Made by a program: the position numbers and the translations under genes
Part shown: in pieces, positions 13,359-27,122 of the stretch
Position numbering within the stretch: the first letter of the stretch is position 1
Layout of the letters: each line of letters opens with the position of its first letter
Origin: Camelus ferus
Taxonomy: Eukaryota
Assembly (NCBI RefSeq): GCF_009834535.1
Contig: NC_045697.1
Span: 15,688,001 to 15,752,000 of the forward strand
Length of the DNA: 64,000 nt
Direction of reading: 5' to 3'
The notes under the pieces: model-generated
Seen by the model: only the letters and a program-made list of their open reading frames with translations
Database searches by the model: none
What the model was told of the DNA's origin: nothing

Positions 13359-14903
13359 ACTCTCTTTCCTTCTTTATAATCTTGCAGTATCTTTTCAAAT
13401 ATTTAGAATAAGATTCACTTTTAAAATATACTTTCTGATAATAAACAAGAATTTTAACTACTAAGTATAGCTTGAAATTGAGTTAATTGTGATATAATTA
13501 TATCTTAGAAATAGACAATGAAGTAAAGAATATCTTATTTATACTTTAAGACACTTATTTACATCCAAAGATTTATGTAGTGACTGTAACTTAACAGACA
13601 CCAAAAGTAGCTCAAAGAATAGTACTGATATCTAGAGCCCAAGGTTTTCACTGAGACCCCACCAGAAACAAATGATTTAATTTGTGACAGTCACTTCACT
13701 TTTCTAGGCAGACTTCTGTTTCATTATTTTTAAGACGGAAAAGATGAGACCAGAATGACCACCAAGACCCTTCTAGCTTCTTTTAATTTTCTATAATTAT
13801 TCATGCTTTAATGAGCAAAGCTGACAAACTTTACGATGGAGAATTTACAACCAATAAACCAAAAATAAGGAAATAAAGGAAGACTACACAAGCTACCAAG
13901 CTCCATGACATTATCTCGTTTTTGAATAAAGAATGAAACCCAAATAGGGAAGTAGCTTGGGGAAAAACTGCCAGGCTGGTGACTGAATTACATTCATTGA
14001 GACTCAGTATTGCTTCAGCAAAAGGACTGTCATTTGCTCAGTCATAAAGGCTTTAGTACAATAAATGATAAATTTTATTGAGGCGAGTAAAAGGGAAGGC
14101 ATTTCATCACACTTAAAAAGTTATAACTGTAACCTTAAAAATACAGTTTACAACTTCATGTTAATATATTCAGTCTACATATTACTTGATGTGTTTAAGT
14201 TAGATTTTGTGCAAGAAAACAGGATCAGTATGAATAAATCTACTCTGCAGACAGCTTTTATACTCAATTTTGAGACGTGGGCACTGTGGAACTAGCAAAT
14301 GCATAATATCATGTATCATCATAAACCGAAAACCCATTCATAATCAATATTTTTGCTGACATCTTTGAAATTTCCAACTTTCTAGGAGGTAACTAAATGA
14401 AAAATGTAAAACCTGACCAAAGTCATAAAGCTCATATATACCCATTTCTGTTCCATACTAATGACGTTACCACCCCATGATCTATAGACAATGCTTAGGA
14501 ATGCTGTTAGGGGCTCATGCCCCTTGAATTTAAACATGAGAAGAGTCTGATGTCCACTGCTACCATTTAGCACAGTACCAAGTTAGTTCAGCACATCATT
14601 TATGCTGAAACATGGAAAAAGGAGTAAGACTTAATGTAGACATGTTTAAAAAAAATCGAAAGTTTATGGAGCAGAAAGAAATAAAAATTTAGCATTACGA
14701 CTTCTCAGTTGTTTGCCATTCCAGCTCCCAGAACGGAATGCTGTTAACACCACCCACACCCTGCGAGGCAGAAGGCCTTCTGAGAGGAACTGAAAATATA
14801 TTTCAAGAGTATTAAATATTCAGAGCAAACTTAGGAACATAATTCTTGAAGTCACTATCATTTCCTGAAGGAAAAAAAAGTCAGATAAACAATCAAATAA
14901 GGT

Positions 14904-15085
14904 TATAGTGGGATGAATGGTGCCCCTTAAAAAGATATGTTCCCCCAGAACCTATAAATGTGACCTTAACTAGAAAAAGGTGTGTGTGATAGAAAGGTTT
15001 TGAGATGAGATCCTCCTGGATTAGGGTGGGCTCTACACCCACGTGTCCTAGAAGAGAAGGGAATCCTCAGAGGATCAGGTGAAAA
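14904..15085 (+). mobile_element. MaLR LTR fragment (MLT1C/D-like)
   Basis: gaatggtgccccttaaaaagatatgtt...aatgtgacctta...gagatgagatcctcctggattagggtgggc. Confidence 0.65.
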
Positions 15086-15149
15086 CAAGGACAGTCTCAG
15101 AAAAAGAAAGAGAAAATGGAAAGCAGGCAGATTTAGAACCATGACTAGA

Positions 15150-15285
15150 GGGGAGGGTATAGCTCAGGGGTAGAGAACTTGCCTAGAAAGCATGGGGTCC
15201 TGGGTTCAATCCCCAGTACCTCCATTAAAATAACTAAATCAATGAATAAACCTAATTACCTGCCCCCACAAAAAGAAGCATAATA
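15150..15285 (+). mobile_element. tRNA-derived SINE (Vic-1-like, long tail)
   Basis: ggggagggtatagctcaggggtagag...gtcctgggttcaatccccagtacctccattaaaata...aaacctaattacctgccccc. Confidence 0.88.
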
Positions 15286-15379
15286 ACCAAAGATCTTCCA
15301 GAACTAGCGAAAGGCGCAAATGGGACTAAAGTTTTAAAATGTTGTGTATTTTAAAAGCTTCTTTTTGATTTTTTTAAAT

Positions 15380-15960
15380 CCACCACAATGTTAAAAGATA
15401 AACAACAAATATTTACAACGAATATCAAAGACAAAGGACTAATTTCCCAAATATATCAAGAGCTCTTAATAAAAAAAAAATCCAGCAAAGGCCACGAACA
15501 GATAGTTCAACAAAAGTAAACACTAACGGATCATAATCACATGAAGGGATATACAACTTCAGTCACAAGAGAAATGTAAGTTACTAAAATAAGACACCAT
15601 AAATCACTTACCAGAATCAGGGAAAATGTGGTAACACATTTTCTATTCAGAGAGAAACAGCCACTCATATTTTGCTGTCAATTAGTACAATCACTGTGGA
15701 AGGCAAAAGTACAAGTGCAGGTATAATATCTGATCCAGTAATTCTCCTTCTGGAAGTTTCTCCGAAAGACGTACTTGTACTTGTGCAGAATATAGTACAT
15801 GTTACATAATTATATATTTATATAACACAACTATCCATTGCATTATTGTTTATAAGAGCTAATTACCGGATGTTTAGATTGGTTCCAGGAATACAGGTTT
15901 GAGTCAAGTCATCCATAAAACGGTACCATGCAGAATGGGGGGGAGAGGAAGCTCTTCAGG
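15380..15960 (+). mobile_element. Ancient L1 (L1M-type) ORF2 3' fragment
   Basis: Degenerate aaatattt...gacaaaggactaatttcccaaatatatcaagagctc ... tgatccagtaattctccttctgga. Confidence 0.6.
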
Positions 15961-16317
15961 TATTCACACAGCAGGACCAGAGGCATACTGAGGGAATGCA
16001 TTTACGTATTAAAAGTGTCTATCCCTTGACACTTCTGATTTGCTCAAATAATACCGCAAACTGATTCTGTACTGTATTTCTCACGTAGAATAAAGCCTGT
16101 TATTGCTACATCTTTATCGGGTACAAAAAAAAAATAAGACAGTACAGCGAGGCTATGCTTTTGAGTCACTAACCTCAACGGGCACACGGCCTAAATCTTT
16201 AGGGCCACCCATTAGAAGCGACAACCAGAAACGTCAGCCCCTCAGAAGTGAATGTTTAGTGCTTCGCTTCATTTATCCCACTAATGAAAACTGGTTCCTC
16301 CCCCATGTTCCCTGGGG

Positions 16318-16628
16318 GCAGCCAAATCCCACCCACCACCTGTCCTCCTGACAGCCCACGGGCTCTAACAATGGTTTTTATGTTCCTTGATGGTTGATAG
16401 AAAACCAAAAGAATAATATTTTATGACACATGAAAAGTCTATGAAATTCAAATTTCAACATTCCTGAAGTTTCACTGGAACACAACCATGCCCATTTGTT
16501 CCCACATTGTCTACGACGGCTTTGATGCTCTGAGGGCAGACGTGAGCAGTGCCAACGCAGACTGTCTGGCCGAGGAAGTCTAAAATATTTACTATCTGGC
16601 TCTTTATAGAAAAAGTTGGCTGACTCCT
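16318..16628. mobile_element. hAT-Charlie MITE (MER58B-like)
   Basis: aaaagaataatattttatgacacatgaaa...tatgaaattcaaatttca...ctaaaatatttactatctggctctttatagaaaaagttggctgactcct. Confidence 0.8.
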
Positions 16629-17307
16629 ATTTTACTATACTCTGCCCTAGCCTGTTCTCTGTTTTCAGACAAATGAAAATCAAGTGCTAATTTCTAAATT
16701 AATTCTTCCCAGCAAGAAAGAGCTAAGAGTTATCTAGAGGGTTTCAGAACACCCTGTCGGTTTGAATCATCTTTATTTTAAAATCACATTTAATTCCGCA
16801 TGCCGTCAGCAATGACACACATCAGCAAGTCCCAAGTATTACCAGGCTGTTTGCCAATGTGCCCTTCTGTTCATGGGATGCATTCATTCATTCCTGCAGA
16901 AAAAATTCTGGATGATATGCTTCAGTCCGTGTGTGTCAAAAAAAATGTGCCCTCACTCTGTCTGCTATATTTTGTTTTAACAGCACTTTTCATTATCTGA
17001 AATTACTGTGGTATTTGTCTATTTACCGTGTCTCCCATGACCAGGTAGAAACCATAAAGTGTGGAGATCTTTTCCATCTTGACTGCCACCGCATTGCCAC
17101 AAAAAAAGAACGTGGTGGTGAATGTGTGAGCCGTTCTTCATGTGATAGACACTCGTTCACTGCTCACAAGAACACTGTGAAACTGGTACTACTATTTTCT
17201 CTAAAACAATAACAACAAAAATTTACAAGTTCGGTAACTTGCCCAGGTTCACACTGGAACCAGGTAGTGAGTGAGGATTCAAACAGCACCTGATGCATGA
17301 GTGACCC

Positions 17308-17782
17308 TTGTGGCTGCGGAGGTGCACCACCACGCCACTCACATCTCCCTTCCGGAAAGACCCTGCGCAGGAGAGCAGGGAGCTGAACGCTCCAGCTGCA
17401 GCTGTCCAGAGGACCAGCCTCAGTTTCCAAACAGAGGCCACCCACTTTCCAGAGAATGCCAGCCCATGACTGAGCACAGCAGGGATGAGGGGGTTCTCCT
17501 TTCCCGGACAGGACAGACTCCCCGATGGTCTGTCTCTGCACCAGAGCTTCCTGCTGGGCTGGCCAAGACTTTCATACAGCTTTGCCGCAGTCTGAGGCCT
17601 GTCCTACCCTCAGCGTCCTTCCTCCACCCCCCTCTTTCACAGGCACCACACCTGCATCCCAACCGAAATGCTCTCCACATTCCCTTCTGCTTTGTCTCCC
17701 TGTATTTTTCACAGCTGTTTCCCCAAATAAACATCTTACTAACTCCACTCTGGTATGTGCTTCCCAGACGATCCAGCTGACA
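17308..17782 (+). mobile_element. ERVL LTR (LTR16-like)
   Basis: tgtggctgcggaggtgcacc...cagcccatgactgagcacagcagg...gcagtctgaggcctgtcctaccc...tttccccaaataaacatctt...tgcttcccaga. Confidence 0.75.
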
Positions 17783-20700
17783 AGATGCCCACATATCTGT
17801 TCAACAAACGAATGAAATAAAAATACGGCTGGGTTGAAGGTTCTATGTTCAAAGATCCCTCCCTCAGGAATTAATGATACAGCATCTCCAGTGTCCTGGC
17901 ATCCAGTGGTTCACATGAGAAGTATAAATCTCAGTTCCACACTCATTTCTTCTTTCTGAGCCTTGTAGGGGGGCAACAAAAAAGAAGCTGGGGGGAATCA
18001 AAAAATTTACCAGAATATGTCTAGTTTTCTTCACTATTGTAATAAAACTTAAGATATTTTTTCCACATTTTAACCCTTCTAAAATTAGGACCATCTTAAA
18101 ATGGATCTCAAAAGACACATCCAGCTGCTAAGAAAAGGAATAAGTCATGAATTTGTCAGTAGTTGTCACTGCTGGCAAATACACAAACTGTGGATGAATG
18201 TTAAATCTGGATCCTTAATTACGGCTTAATGTTTATACATTAAGGTTTCACTATGATACAGCACTGAAATAAAAAGTTGTGTAATAGAAGACTGCATATT
18301 ATATGGCAGTCAGCGGAATTAAAAGCAGTAGAAATGTTAAATCTCTCAGAATTTAACATTTAGGAGAGGCTGGTGGGATTCATTCATGTGTCATGGAGAA
18401 TTAGCACTGAAGCAGCTCCCATCTCTCATAAGCTGCCAGCTAATTTATAAGAGAGGCTGTTAAACTTCCAGTGACACGTGATGAAATGGGGGGGGGATAG
18501 GGGATTGTTAGGTTAACCAAGTAAAAAGTAAAAACAAAACCCTAATATTCTTTATAGAGATCCAAATCATATTGCCAAGACTAAAGATGCAAAAGAAAAA
18601 CTCAAATTCACTTTTATAAAAAGCTCAGTGGTTTATATGCATCACGCTGTTAAATGTCTTAAAATACATTTATCGTATACACACAGAAAAACTGATAAAG
18701 GGGTAAAATGTTATTAATAGCAAAATCTGGCAAATCCTGGTATAAAATATACGAGAGTTCCACCCATTATTCTTATTCTTTTAACTGTCATGTAAGTTTG
18801 AAACTATATTCCAATAAAAAGCTTTGTATTACAATGACACTCTGCCTAACGAGAATGGTCAAGTGATTCAGAAGAACTCTAAAGGAGAAGGCTGGGTGTT
18901 GACTTAAGAGGAAGTGATATTTCATGGAGTGGGAAAAATAAATGTGCATTATTAGAGACACCAGCGCCCTCACTGAAAAGCTGTTTGGAAACAGGCATCT
19001 GACCCTTGATGGCATTGAAGAATCAAACACCCGGATTTTTCCTTCTCCATCCACTTCTTAGTTGGATACTAGGTCTCCACCATCTCTTAATTATGCTTCA
19101 AAATTCTTAAACCGTTTGCTTTCAATTTTGGAAGAACTCCTCGGCTCCATTTTCTAGACCACGAATTTTCTCGGTCCGTAGCGTTCCCATTTTGCTGTGG
19201 ACCCCAAGCTCAAAGAGCCCTTAGCCGGCACGGTCCACCAGACTGCCTCCTCTGCTCACCAGCTCCTTCCCCTCGCCAGCCCCTGCTTTGGGGATTTGCT
19301 GTGCTCTTGGGTCTGAGACCAGGAATGAGCTGTTTCCTGTATTATCTTTCCTTCATCATTCTGTGGATCTCCTCTCGCACGCTGACGACCCACGGCTGCC
19401 TGCTCATACTGACAGACGGGGGTCCGGACTGATGAAAAAGGTTTCTCTTGCCCACATGAAAATGATGGGGAGTGGGTAGGAAAGGGAGGCGAACAAAGTG
19501 CCCTTATTTTGAGGTACAGAAGCCCCACATCCTCAGAAGGTAGGGACACGAGAGAAACCTCCAGTCCCCGACAACTTCTCCTTCCGGCTACAGTCGCCCA
19601 CCGGTATTCTGCCCGGCAAGTCCCCCAACTTATTTAAAACTAAGCTAAGGGCTTTGTCGCAGAGGCAGCCCCTACCACCAAGCCCTCTGAGCCCAACTCA
19701 AGGGAAGCGGAGCTGCAGCAGCTGTTCCAGGGCTATTGGTCACGGCGAAGCATTCTCTCACCCGCCCCCTGCCTCTCCCTATAGTTTCAATTCTTGGGAC
19801 TCTTCCAGGACCCTGTTAAGAAAATGCATTAGTTGAGTTATCCCTGCTCTTGTCTCTATGGAGTTGTAAGTTCCTTTGCTGGGCAGTTTCCCCAACAACC
19901 TGATCCCATCTGTTTTATTTATTCCACAGCATCCTCCATGCTTCTGGAACACGGCAGCACCTTTGTCATTTTCCAGCCCCATTAGTTACGGGTCTGTTCA
20001 TATTTTTATGTTTCTTCTGTCGTTTTTCCGCAGAAATTTGGAAGGGAAGGAGAAAAAGTAAACAAGTGTGGTTCAATGTATATCCACTGAGGGGGTTGCA
20101 AAGGAGCCATTTCCTAAAAGTGGAGGCCTCCTTCCTCTCCTGCCTCCCCTCTGGATGCTGAATGCCTGGGGGGCCGGGTTTGGTGTCTAGCCCACCCCAT
20201 CCCTCATGCAGGGAGGCTAGCCTTTCCCTTTACGAAGTTGCCAAAACCCAGAGAAAAGTCTCAAACCACCTCTCACTTAACAGGATGATGACGTCTAACC
20301 ACAAGGGTGCCTGCTGAAACAGAATGTGTCATAGGTCAACCCAAGTTAAAGCTGCAGGCTCCCTGTAAAACAATCAGGTGTCCCTGAGCACACCCACTCC
20401 TAAGTGCTGTAGTCATCCTGGCCCAACATCCAACCCCCAAACGCAAAACAAGGGATGCACGCTGGGCCTGCCGGCAGGAAGTTGTGGTTCTGTTCTCTGG
20501 CCTGGGACTATAAAAACAACAAAATCCAACTGACAACATTTTAAAGCTCTTAACTGGCTTTATTCAATAATGCATGGATTTGGTGAATTGGGGGAGAGTT
20601 CAGTATACTTAGCCTGCCTTCGTGAAGCTGTAAGCGAGAGTACTTCCAACTTCAATCTCTGCACAGTGTACAATTTTTTTAAATTAGACAGCAAGCCAAA

Positions 20701-21609
20701 GATATCAACAGCTAACACACTATTACATGGTCACAATATAATTTGTCACCAGACACTTGATGCTTACATTCGCATTAATAATTACACCAAGACAACAGGT
20801 GTCAACCTGGGCATATGGTCACCCTTAGCTACTCAAATTGTTCATTAAATAATCATTCAAGTTCCCAGGCATTTTTATCAAAGACCTGACTTTTTTTTTT
20901 TTTTAGAAGGTCTGCTTTTTTGTATAATTATTTCAGATTCTTTATTCAGTAGCTTTATAAATAAAAAGGAAATTATCTATTTTTCTGCTTTAGAATTAGT
21001 TCACATATAATCAAATAGCATTTGGTTAAGAAAAGCTAAATTTTTTTTAATGTCATACTATCTTTTGAAAACACCTAAAAATGAAAAATTGTTTATTAAA
21101 GAACACTTCATGTTATCTAATGAACACATCAGCTCAATGAGAAAAGGGAGCCCCTTTTTCAAGGTGTCTGTAAGATCATAAAAAAAACTCGACACAATAT
21201 TTATGAATACAATTAAAGCAAGTTTGTTTTTTTAATCAAATAGAGAGCTTTCTCCTGGGACCATACCGAGGTTCTTCTAGGATTTTGAGTCTGATTTTTA
21301 AGCTGATATTCATGACAAACCTACTACGCATTGAGAATATATCTGAACACCTACTATGTGCTGAGAGTGCCATTAAAGGACACAAAAATAGACCTTAAGA
21401 ACTAATACAACAGACGGCTCTCAGTACTGAAGTGCTACAAGACGGGTGCATAACTGATTCCAAGGGAGCACAGAGTTTTAAATGTTGCTAAAATAAGGGT
21501 GATGAAGGGAAACATTTCTAATCTTTGTTGTTAAAAAAAAAATGAATAGGAATTTAAAGGGCAGACAAGAAGGGGAAATCCTTTAAACAGAGATAATCTC
21601 TCAAAGGTC

Positions 21610-21760
21610 TGTATTAGTTTTCTTTTGCTGCATAACAAAGTACCACAACCTGAGTGCTTTAAATCAACATCAATTCACACCATTCTGCAGGTCAGAAATC
21701 CAGGCACCGAGTGAGCGGGTCCTCTGCTCAGGGTGCCAGCTGGCTGCAGAGAACTTGGAT
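21610..21760 (-). mobile_element. MaLR LTR fragment (MLT1-type)
   Basis: tgtattagttttcttttgctgcataacaaagtaccacaa...ttctgcaggtcagaaatccagg is the reverse MLT1 3' end. Confidence 0.65.
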
Positions 21761-21984
21761 ACCAATAGTGGGGAAGCTCCTAAGTTCACGAATGGGGTGG
21801 ACAGAGGAAGGGAGTGAGTGAGCAGACACATCACCTGTGAGGTATTCCTGCCAGAGTCACGCTGGAATCTGAGCAGTGAAAAGTGGTATCCTGTGATTTT
21901 ACTTTGCATTCCCCATTGTGAATTTGTGCTCCCTTTCTGTGAAGGTCTGGAATGCCCTTTGACCATTACAACACACCGGTTTTA

Positions 21985-22200
21985 AGTCTGAGTTCTCAAG
22001 CCAGACTGTCGGCTCAAACCCTGGTTCCATCACTTACTGCCCGGGTGACCTCAGGGAAATTAATGAGCTCTCTGCCCCACCTGCTCAGGCACAAAAGAGG
22101 GATCATAATAATAATGGCCTCATCAGGGAACTACAACAATCAACTAACACTTAAGCCACTTACAACAGGACCTGGCACATTCAGCAAACATTACCTATTA
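21985..22200 (+). mobile_element. MIR SINE
   Basis: gccagactg...ggttccatcacttactg...gtgacctcaggga...acaggacctggcacat matches the MIR core pattern. Confidence 0.7.
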
Positions 22201-24611
22201 CTGTTGGCCCGTATTTCTAATAGATCACCTGTCTTTTCTCACCAAGTCGTAGGAGGTTCTTACTACATGGGAACCAGCATTTTCCAATACAATCTCCCCC
22301 AAATCCTTAGGCAGCTGGTCCAAGTGCTAGGTGCCAGTGCTATCAAAAGATACTCAGCACATTCTGGAAATTATCACCGAAGAGTGAAATCATTATTTCT
22401 GACAAGGATTGTGCTTACTACTAAGCACAGAATTGAAATAATCCTACTGGTAAGAAATCTCCTGAGACCTTTGTAAATGTAGGTGACTGAGCCACTCTTT
22501 TAAAGTATATTGCACAGAGAAGAACCCTGATATGAACAAAAAGCCACGTAACCCTAAGATTGTAAGAAACCAAACAATTAATCCAGTGATTAACAGAATT
22601 TCGGGCTTCCAGGGCTGTTGGCATACAGCAGCCCGTGTGCCCCCGCCTCCCCATCCCATGCCAGGTCAGGAGTCAGTTCTGGTACTTTCCTGACAAGCTC
22701 AGGCAACACTCCTGTGGCTCCTCCCCATTCATAGGTGCCATCATTCAAGAAATCTATTTGCCACGCTGGTTCTATTGCAGAAATTCTCTCATAGGCAGTT
22801 ACTACCTCAATGTATTTTTTAACAGCTGATGGAGGAATCATGACCAGGAACTGGCCTGCCCACTAGAGTGTGTTATGTGTAGAGAGTCAACAGGGAAGTG
22901 CTGTGAAACAGAATCAGCCAGAACAGTGGCACCAAGGATTTGTAATAAACATGTGGTCAGATGGTCAAAGCAGTCAAGGGTGGGGGAGCACGCAGGCAGC
23001 CGAAATGATTGCACAACACAGAATCCGTAGGGTATCCGTAAGGTCTGCAAATAGACGGGAAAATGCACTGTGTTTGTATGTGTAAAGTCATGAAAGGCAA
23101 CTTCACTTTGCTAAAAAAAAAAAAAAAAAGTCTATGTTCCTAAACTTTATGAACACCCTGTACATTCCTGTGATAACTCAGATAAGCAGGCTGGTGGCCT
23201 CACTGAGCTGGGGTCTAATACTCTATACTCTTGGGACAGAGGAAAGAACGGGCTATTCAAAGAGACAACCAGGGTTTAGTACAAGAGCTCATCAAGGGGT
23301 CAGATCTCACAGAGGAACTCAGGGACCAAAAAAAAAAAAAAAAAAAAAAAATCCAGTTAACAAGATGAAAGCACAAGGTCCTGCGGATGCTGGGATGAGC
23401 CCTAGGGAATGAGGGCATGGCCCAGCCAGTAACTGAGGGGCAGTTAGCCTAAGATGGGTGGGAAGAGGTCTGCGGGCTGGAGAACCAGGCAGGCCAGGTG
23501 CTAAGGACTGAACAGACCCAACACCCACCCAGCAAACAGCCCTGGCACTTAGTTACTATTATATTGCGATGAGTGCCCTCTAATACAACAATCTGAGCTT
23601 CATTAAATGTGCATATAAGCTCTGGATTTTTAAAAATTATCTCAGTAACCTTGAATTTCAGCAGCTAAAAAAAACCTTAAAGATAATTTAATGCAAAGCC
23701 CTATTTTACTCTTCAGGAAAGCGAGAGCCATAAAAATTATGATTTGCCAAGGGTCACCATTCTACTTGGCAGCAAAGCTGATGTGAGCCTCTGTATCCAT
23801 TCAGACTCGTTGCTATTTCCCCTGTATCCTCCTTTCCAGGTCATCTGTATCAAATAAGGGGTAGGAATGCCAGTTCCCTGCCTACCCAGACTCAGCTTTG
23901 ACAGGCAGGTGTCAGTGGTCCCTAAAAAGAGCTTTATGGGTTCTTTCCACTTCCCATGCAGACCTACCAAAAACGCAACTGCGCCCTATGATGTCCTTAT
24001 TCCTTTCATCTTAATATGGCAGCTATGACTGAGAAAGGTCATTGATTACTCCAGGACCAAAATTTCAATCTCAAGAATGCAGGTAAGAGGACTCCGGAAT
24101 AATCAATACCACACTGAGGTCCTAAGTATGACGCCCGGGTCACCTGGTAACAGCAAAACAAGATGTTAAACTTCCTCCCTGAGTTAGCTGAACAGCAAAA
24201 CAAGTACCAGGTTAAGATTCCAAGTTCCTTTGTTTCCACATCCGTCAGCCAGCTCTAAAGAAATGGTTTAAACAAGTCCCCTGTATCTTTTGTTCTTCAA
24301 AGTCTTACCCCCACCCCTACTGCCAAAATGAGTATTCACGTTGTGACTTTTATGGACCTAGTAACAGTGAGACTTACAGGCCTAAAGGCCACAGTCCTGG
24401 GCCAGAAGCCTCAAGTGTGCAACTGGAGAGAACCAATTTACCTGTCCACACTCAGTTGGCACACCTGAAAAATGGAGACACCACCAACCTGGAGAAGTTG
24501 CTTTAACAACTGAGACACGTATGCAGAGCACTTGGCACAGTATGGCACATGATATATGTCACAACGCTGGTTGCCATCAGAACTTGTAGATCAGTTAAGG
24601 GCACTTATATA

Positions 24612-24815
24612 CAGTTGACCACTGAACAACATGGGGGTTAGGGCCCTCCACCAAGTCGAGAATCTCAGCATAATTTATAGTCAGCCTTCAGCATACAAGT
24701 TAATCCAGATCTACGATTCACCAACCTCAGTCTATAGCATTTACCACTGATAAAATTTCATGCATAAGTGCACCCCTGCACATGACTCAAATCCATGTTG
24801 TTCAAGGGTCAACTC
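24612..24815. mobile_element. Tigger2-derived MITE (MER8-like)
   Basis: Terminal inverted repeats cagttgaccactgaacaacatgg / ccatgttgttcaagggtcaact, with TA on both sides. Confidence 0.8.
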
Positions 24816-26438
24816 TATCAAGTTGTGAAGGCTTTATGGACACCTTAGTTTGTACTACTCATGGTAGTTTAAGATAATTACCAAACTAGTTTTAGCAGAA
24901 AGTCGAACAAGCATTAGAAAGAAAGTTTTTAACTATGTACATTAGCCAACTCAATCATGGACCCTTTAAGGTTACATCAGAAGTAGAAACAGCAGATTTA
25001 CCAAATTAACTTCAGCAGAAAGCTAAGGAGTGTTTTGTGAAACCCCACTCTCTTCAAAGAACAATGAGAAGACCAGGATCTTCACGTTGACTTTACTATC
25101 GACACCCCAACAGAAAAATGAACACTTTCCTTTCCACTTACAAGCTGCTACCATCCACTCTCACTCTATGTACTAAGACTTGGTGTAGAAGGTCTTCACA
25201 ATTCCTCTCTCATCTCTGCTGCATGCAGTGACAATAAGGCACCTGCAGTTTTAAGTTTCTTTCAACACTAAAATGAAAAATGATGGAAACACTAACACAA
25301 GGACCTGAGAACATAAAGCTTAAAAAGGGGAAGTCTGACAAAATTCTTACATCATGGCCCCCGTCTATGGTTGCTAAAAGCTATTTTAGCTAAGTTGATG
25401 GACAAGTTTTTCAACTTTATCCCTGAGGGAAGAACTTAAATACCTTTTTTTTCCCCAGCAAGGAGCTATGAAAAATCAAGTCATAGTAGACAGTTAACTA
25501 GGGTTCTCTAAGTCGGCAATAATCTCAAGTAGACAATCTGTGTTTATCCTGGTTCAGAGTGGACGACACCCATTCCTTAGCGCTTTGCCTTAAAAAGCAC
25601 ACCACGCCCCTGGAGGCACTGTTCTTCATGGTCTATTTTGGCAGGAGATCATGCAGCCAAGCTAGCCATTTCCTCACAGGAGTTTCTGAGCCCAAACCAT
25701 GTGAAACTGCCTAAATTGAGTAATTAAGTGAACATGATAACTGATGTGGTGACCACCAAGCTGAAGGACCAGAAGACAACCACACATGCAGTGGAGGAAT
25801 GGAAGATCTTTGAATCCAGGCAGATTCCAGGCAAGGCACAGTGCAAAAACCAGACAACAATGGACTGAAACTGAAATAAGAGATAAGGAAATGCAGAGGA
25901 TGGATTCACACTACTTTCTAAGAAGCTTAATTGTGAAGGAAGAGCAGCTGCTCCCAAGTGCTGCTGCTACAGGGTGGTTTGGGGAAGGGGAGTTTTTTTG
26001 TTTTTGTTTTTGTTTTTAAACAGAGGCTAAATACACCAAGGAGAAATATCACAAATTAGGGGAGAAACTTAAAACACTGAAAAGATAAGTGACAGTTTCT
26101 CAAAAAGTAGGAGGGAAGTGGATCAAGAAATGAGGAAGAAAAAAACAAATTAATCTGGGAAAGAGAGAGACACTTTTCACTACCAAATGCAGAGTGGGAA
26201 TTTAGGCCTTCACCTTGTAGACTGGATATTCTTCTTTGAAGGCTCTCAAAGCTTATCGATGATACAGCCACCATCCCATGTTAAAAATAATGCAAGATTC
26301 TTCCCCTAGCCCTACTTGAGGGGAAAAAAAAATAATGGGGAAAATGGGACTTCTTTGTACAAAGATTTACTGAGTGTTCATGTGATAAACACTGAGGATA
26401 CAGACATAAATATCACCATCAAGAGTTCACAATCTGGT

Positions 26439-27122
26439 GCAGCCACTATGGAAAACAGTGTGGAGGTTCCTCAGAAAACTAAAAATAGAACTACCATATG
26501 ATCCAGAAACTCCACTGCTAGGTATATACCTGAAGAAAACAGAAATATATCTGAAGAAAACGAAAGCACTAATTCAAAAAGATGCATACACCTCAATGTT
26601 CATAGCAGCACTATTTACAATAGCCTAGATATGAAAGCAACCTAAGTGCCCATCAACAGATGAATGAACAAAGAAAATGTAGTACATATTTACAATGGAA
26701 TATTACTCAGACATAAAAAAGAAATTTTGCCTTTGCAATAAGGTGGATGGACCTACAAAGTATTATGCTTAGAGAAATGTCAGACAGAGAAAGACAAATA
26801 CTCGGTCATCACTTAATATGTGGATATAAAAAACAAAACAAAGGAATGTAAATAAAACAAAAAGAGACTCTCAGATACAGAGAACAAACTAATGGCTATG
26901 GGTAGGGAGAGGGAATGGGGAGATGGGCAAGATAAGGTTAGGGGATTGGGAGATACAAACTACTGTGTAAAAAATAAGTAAGCAACAAGGATATATGACA
27001 CATCACAGAGAAATATAGCCATTCTTTTGTTATAGATTATACTCCATTTAAAGTTATAAAAATATTGAATTACTGTGTTGTATATCCAACTAAATCAACT
27101 ATACTTCAATTTAAAAAAAAAA
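26439..27122 (+). mobile_element. 5'-truncated LINE-1 with target-site duplication
   Basis: ORF2 C-terminal peptide [22 protein letters not shown]..., 3'UTR and poly-A. TSD tt(c/t)acaatctggt at 26426-26438 and 27123-27135. Confidence 0.93.

Noticed and set aside
17301..17794. Cluster of 96-159 aa ORFs
   Set aside because: They coincide with an LTR16-like element and are non-coding.
18332..18361. Short inverted repeat aaatgttaaat...atttaacattt (similar one near 1821-1846)
   Set aside because: AT-rich 11-bp stems are too short for a pre-miRNA and are expected by chance in 64 kb.
21952..22476. 174-aa plus-strand ORF
   Set aside because: Its first half runs through a MIR element. No recognisable domain and antisense to ADGRA3.
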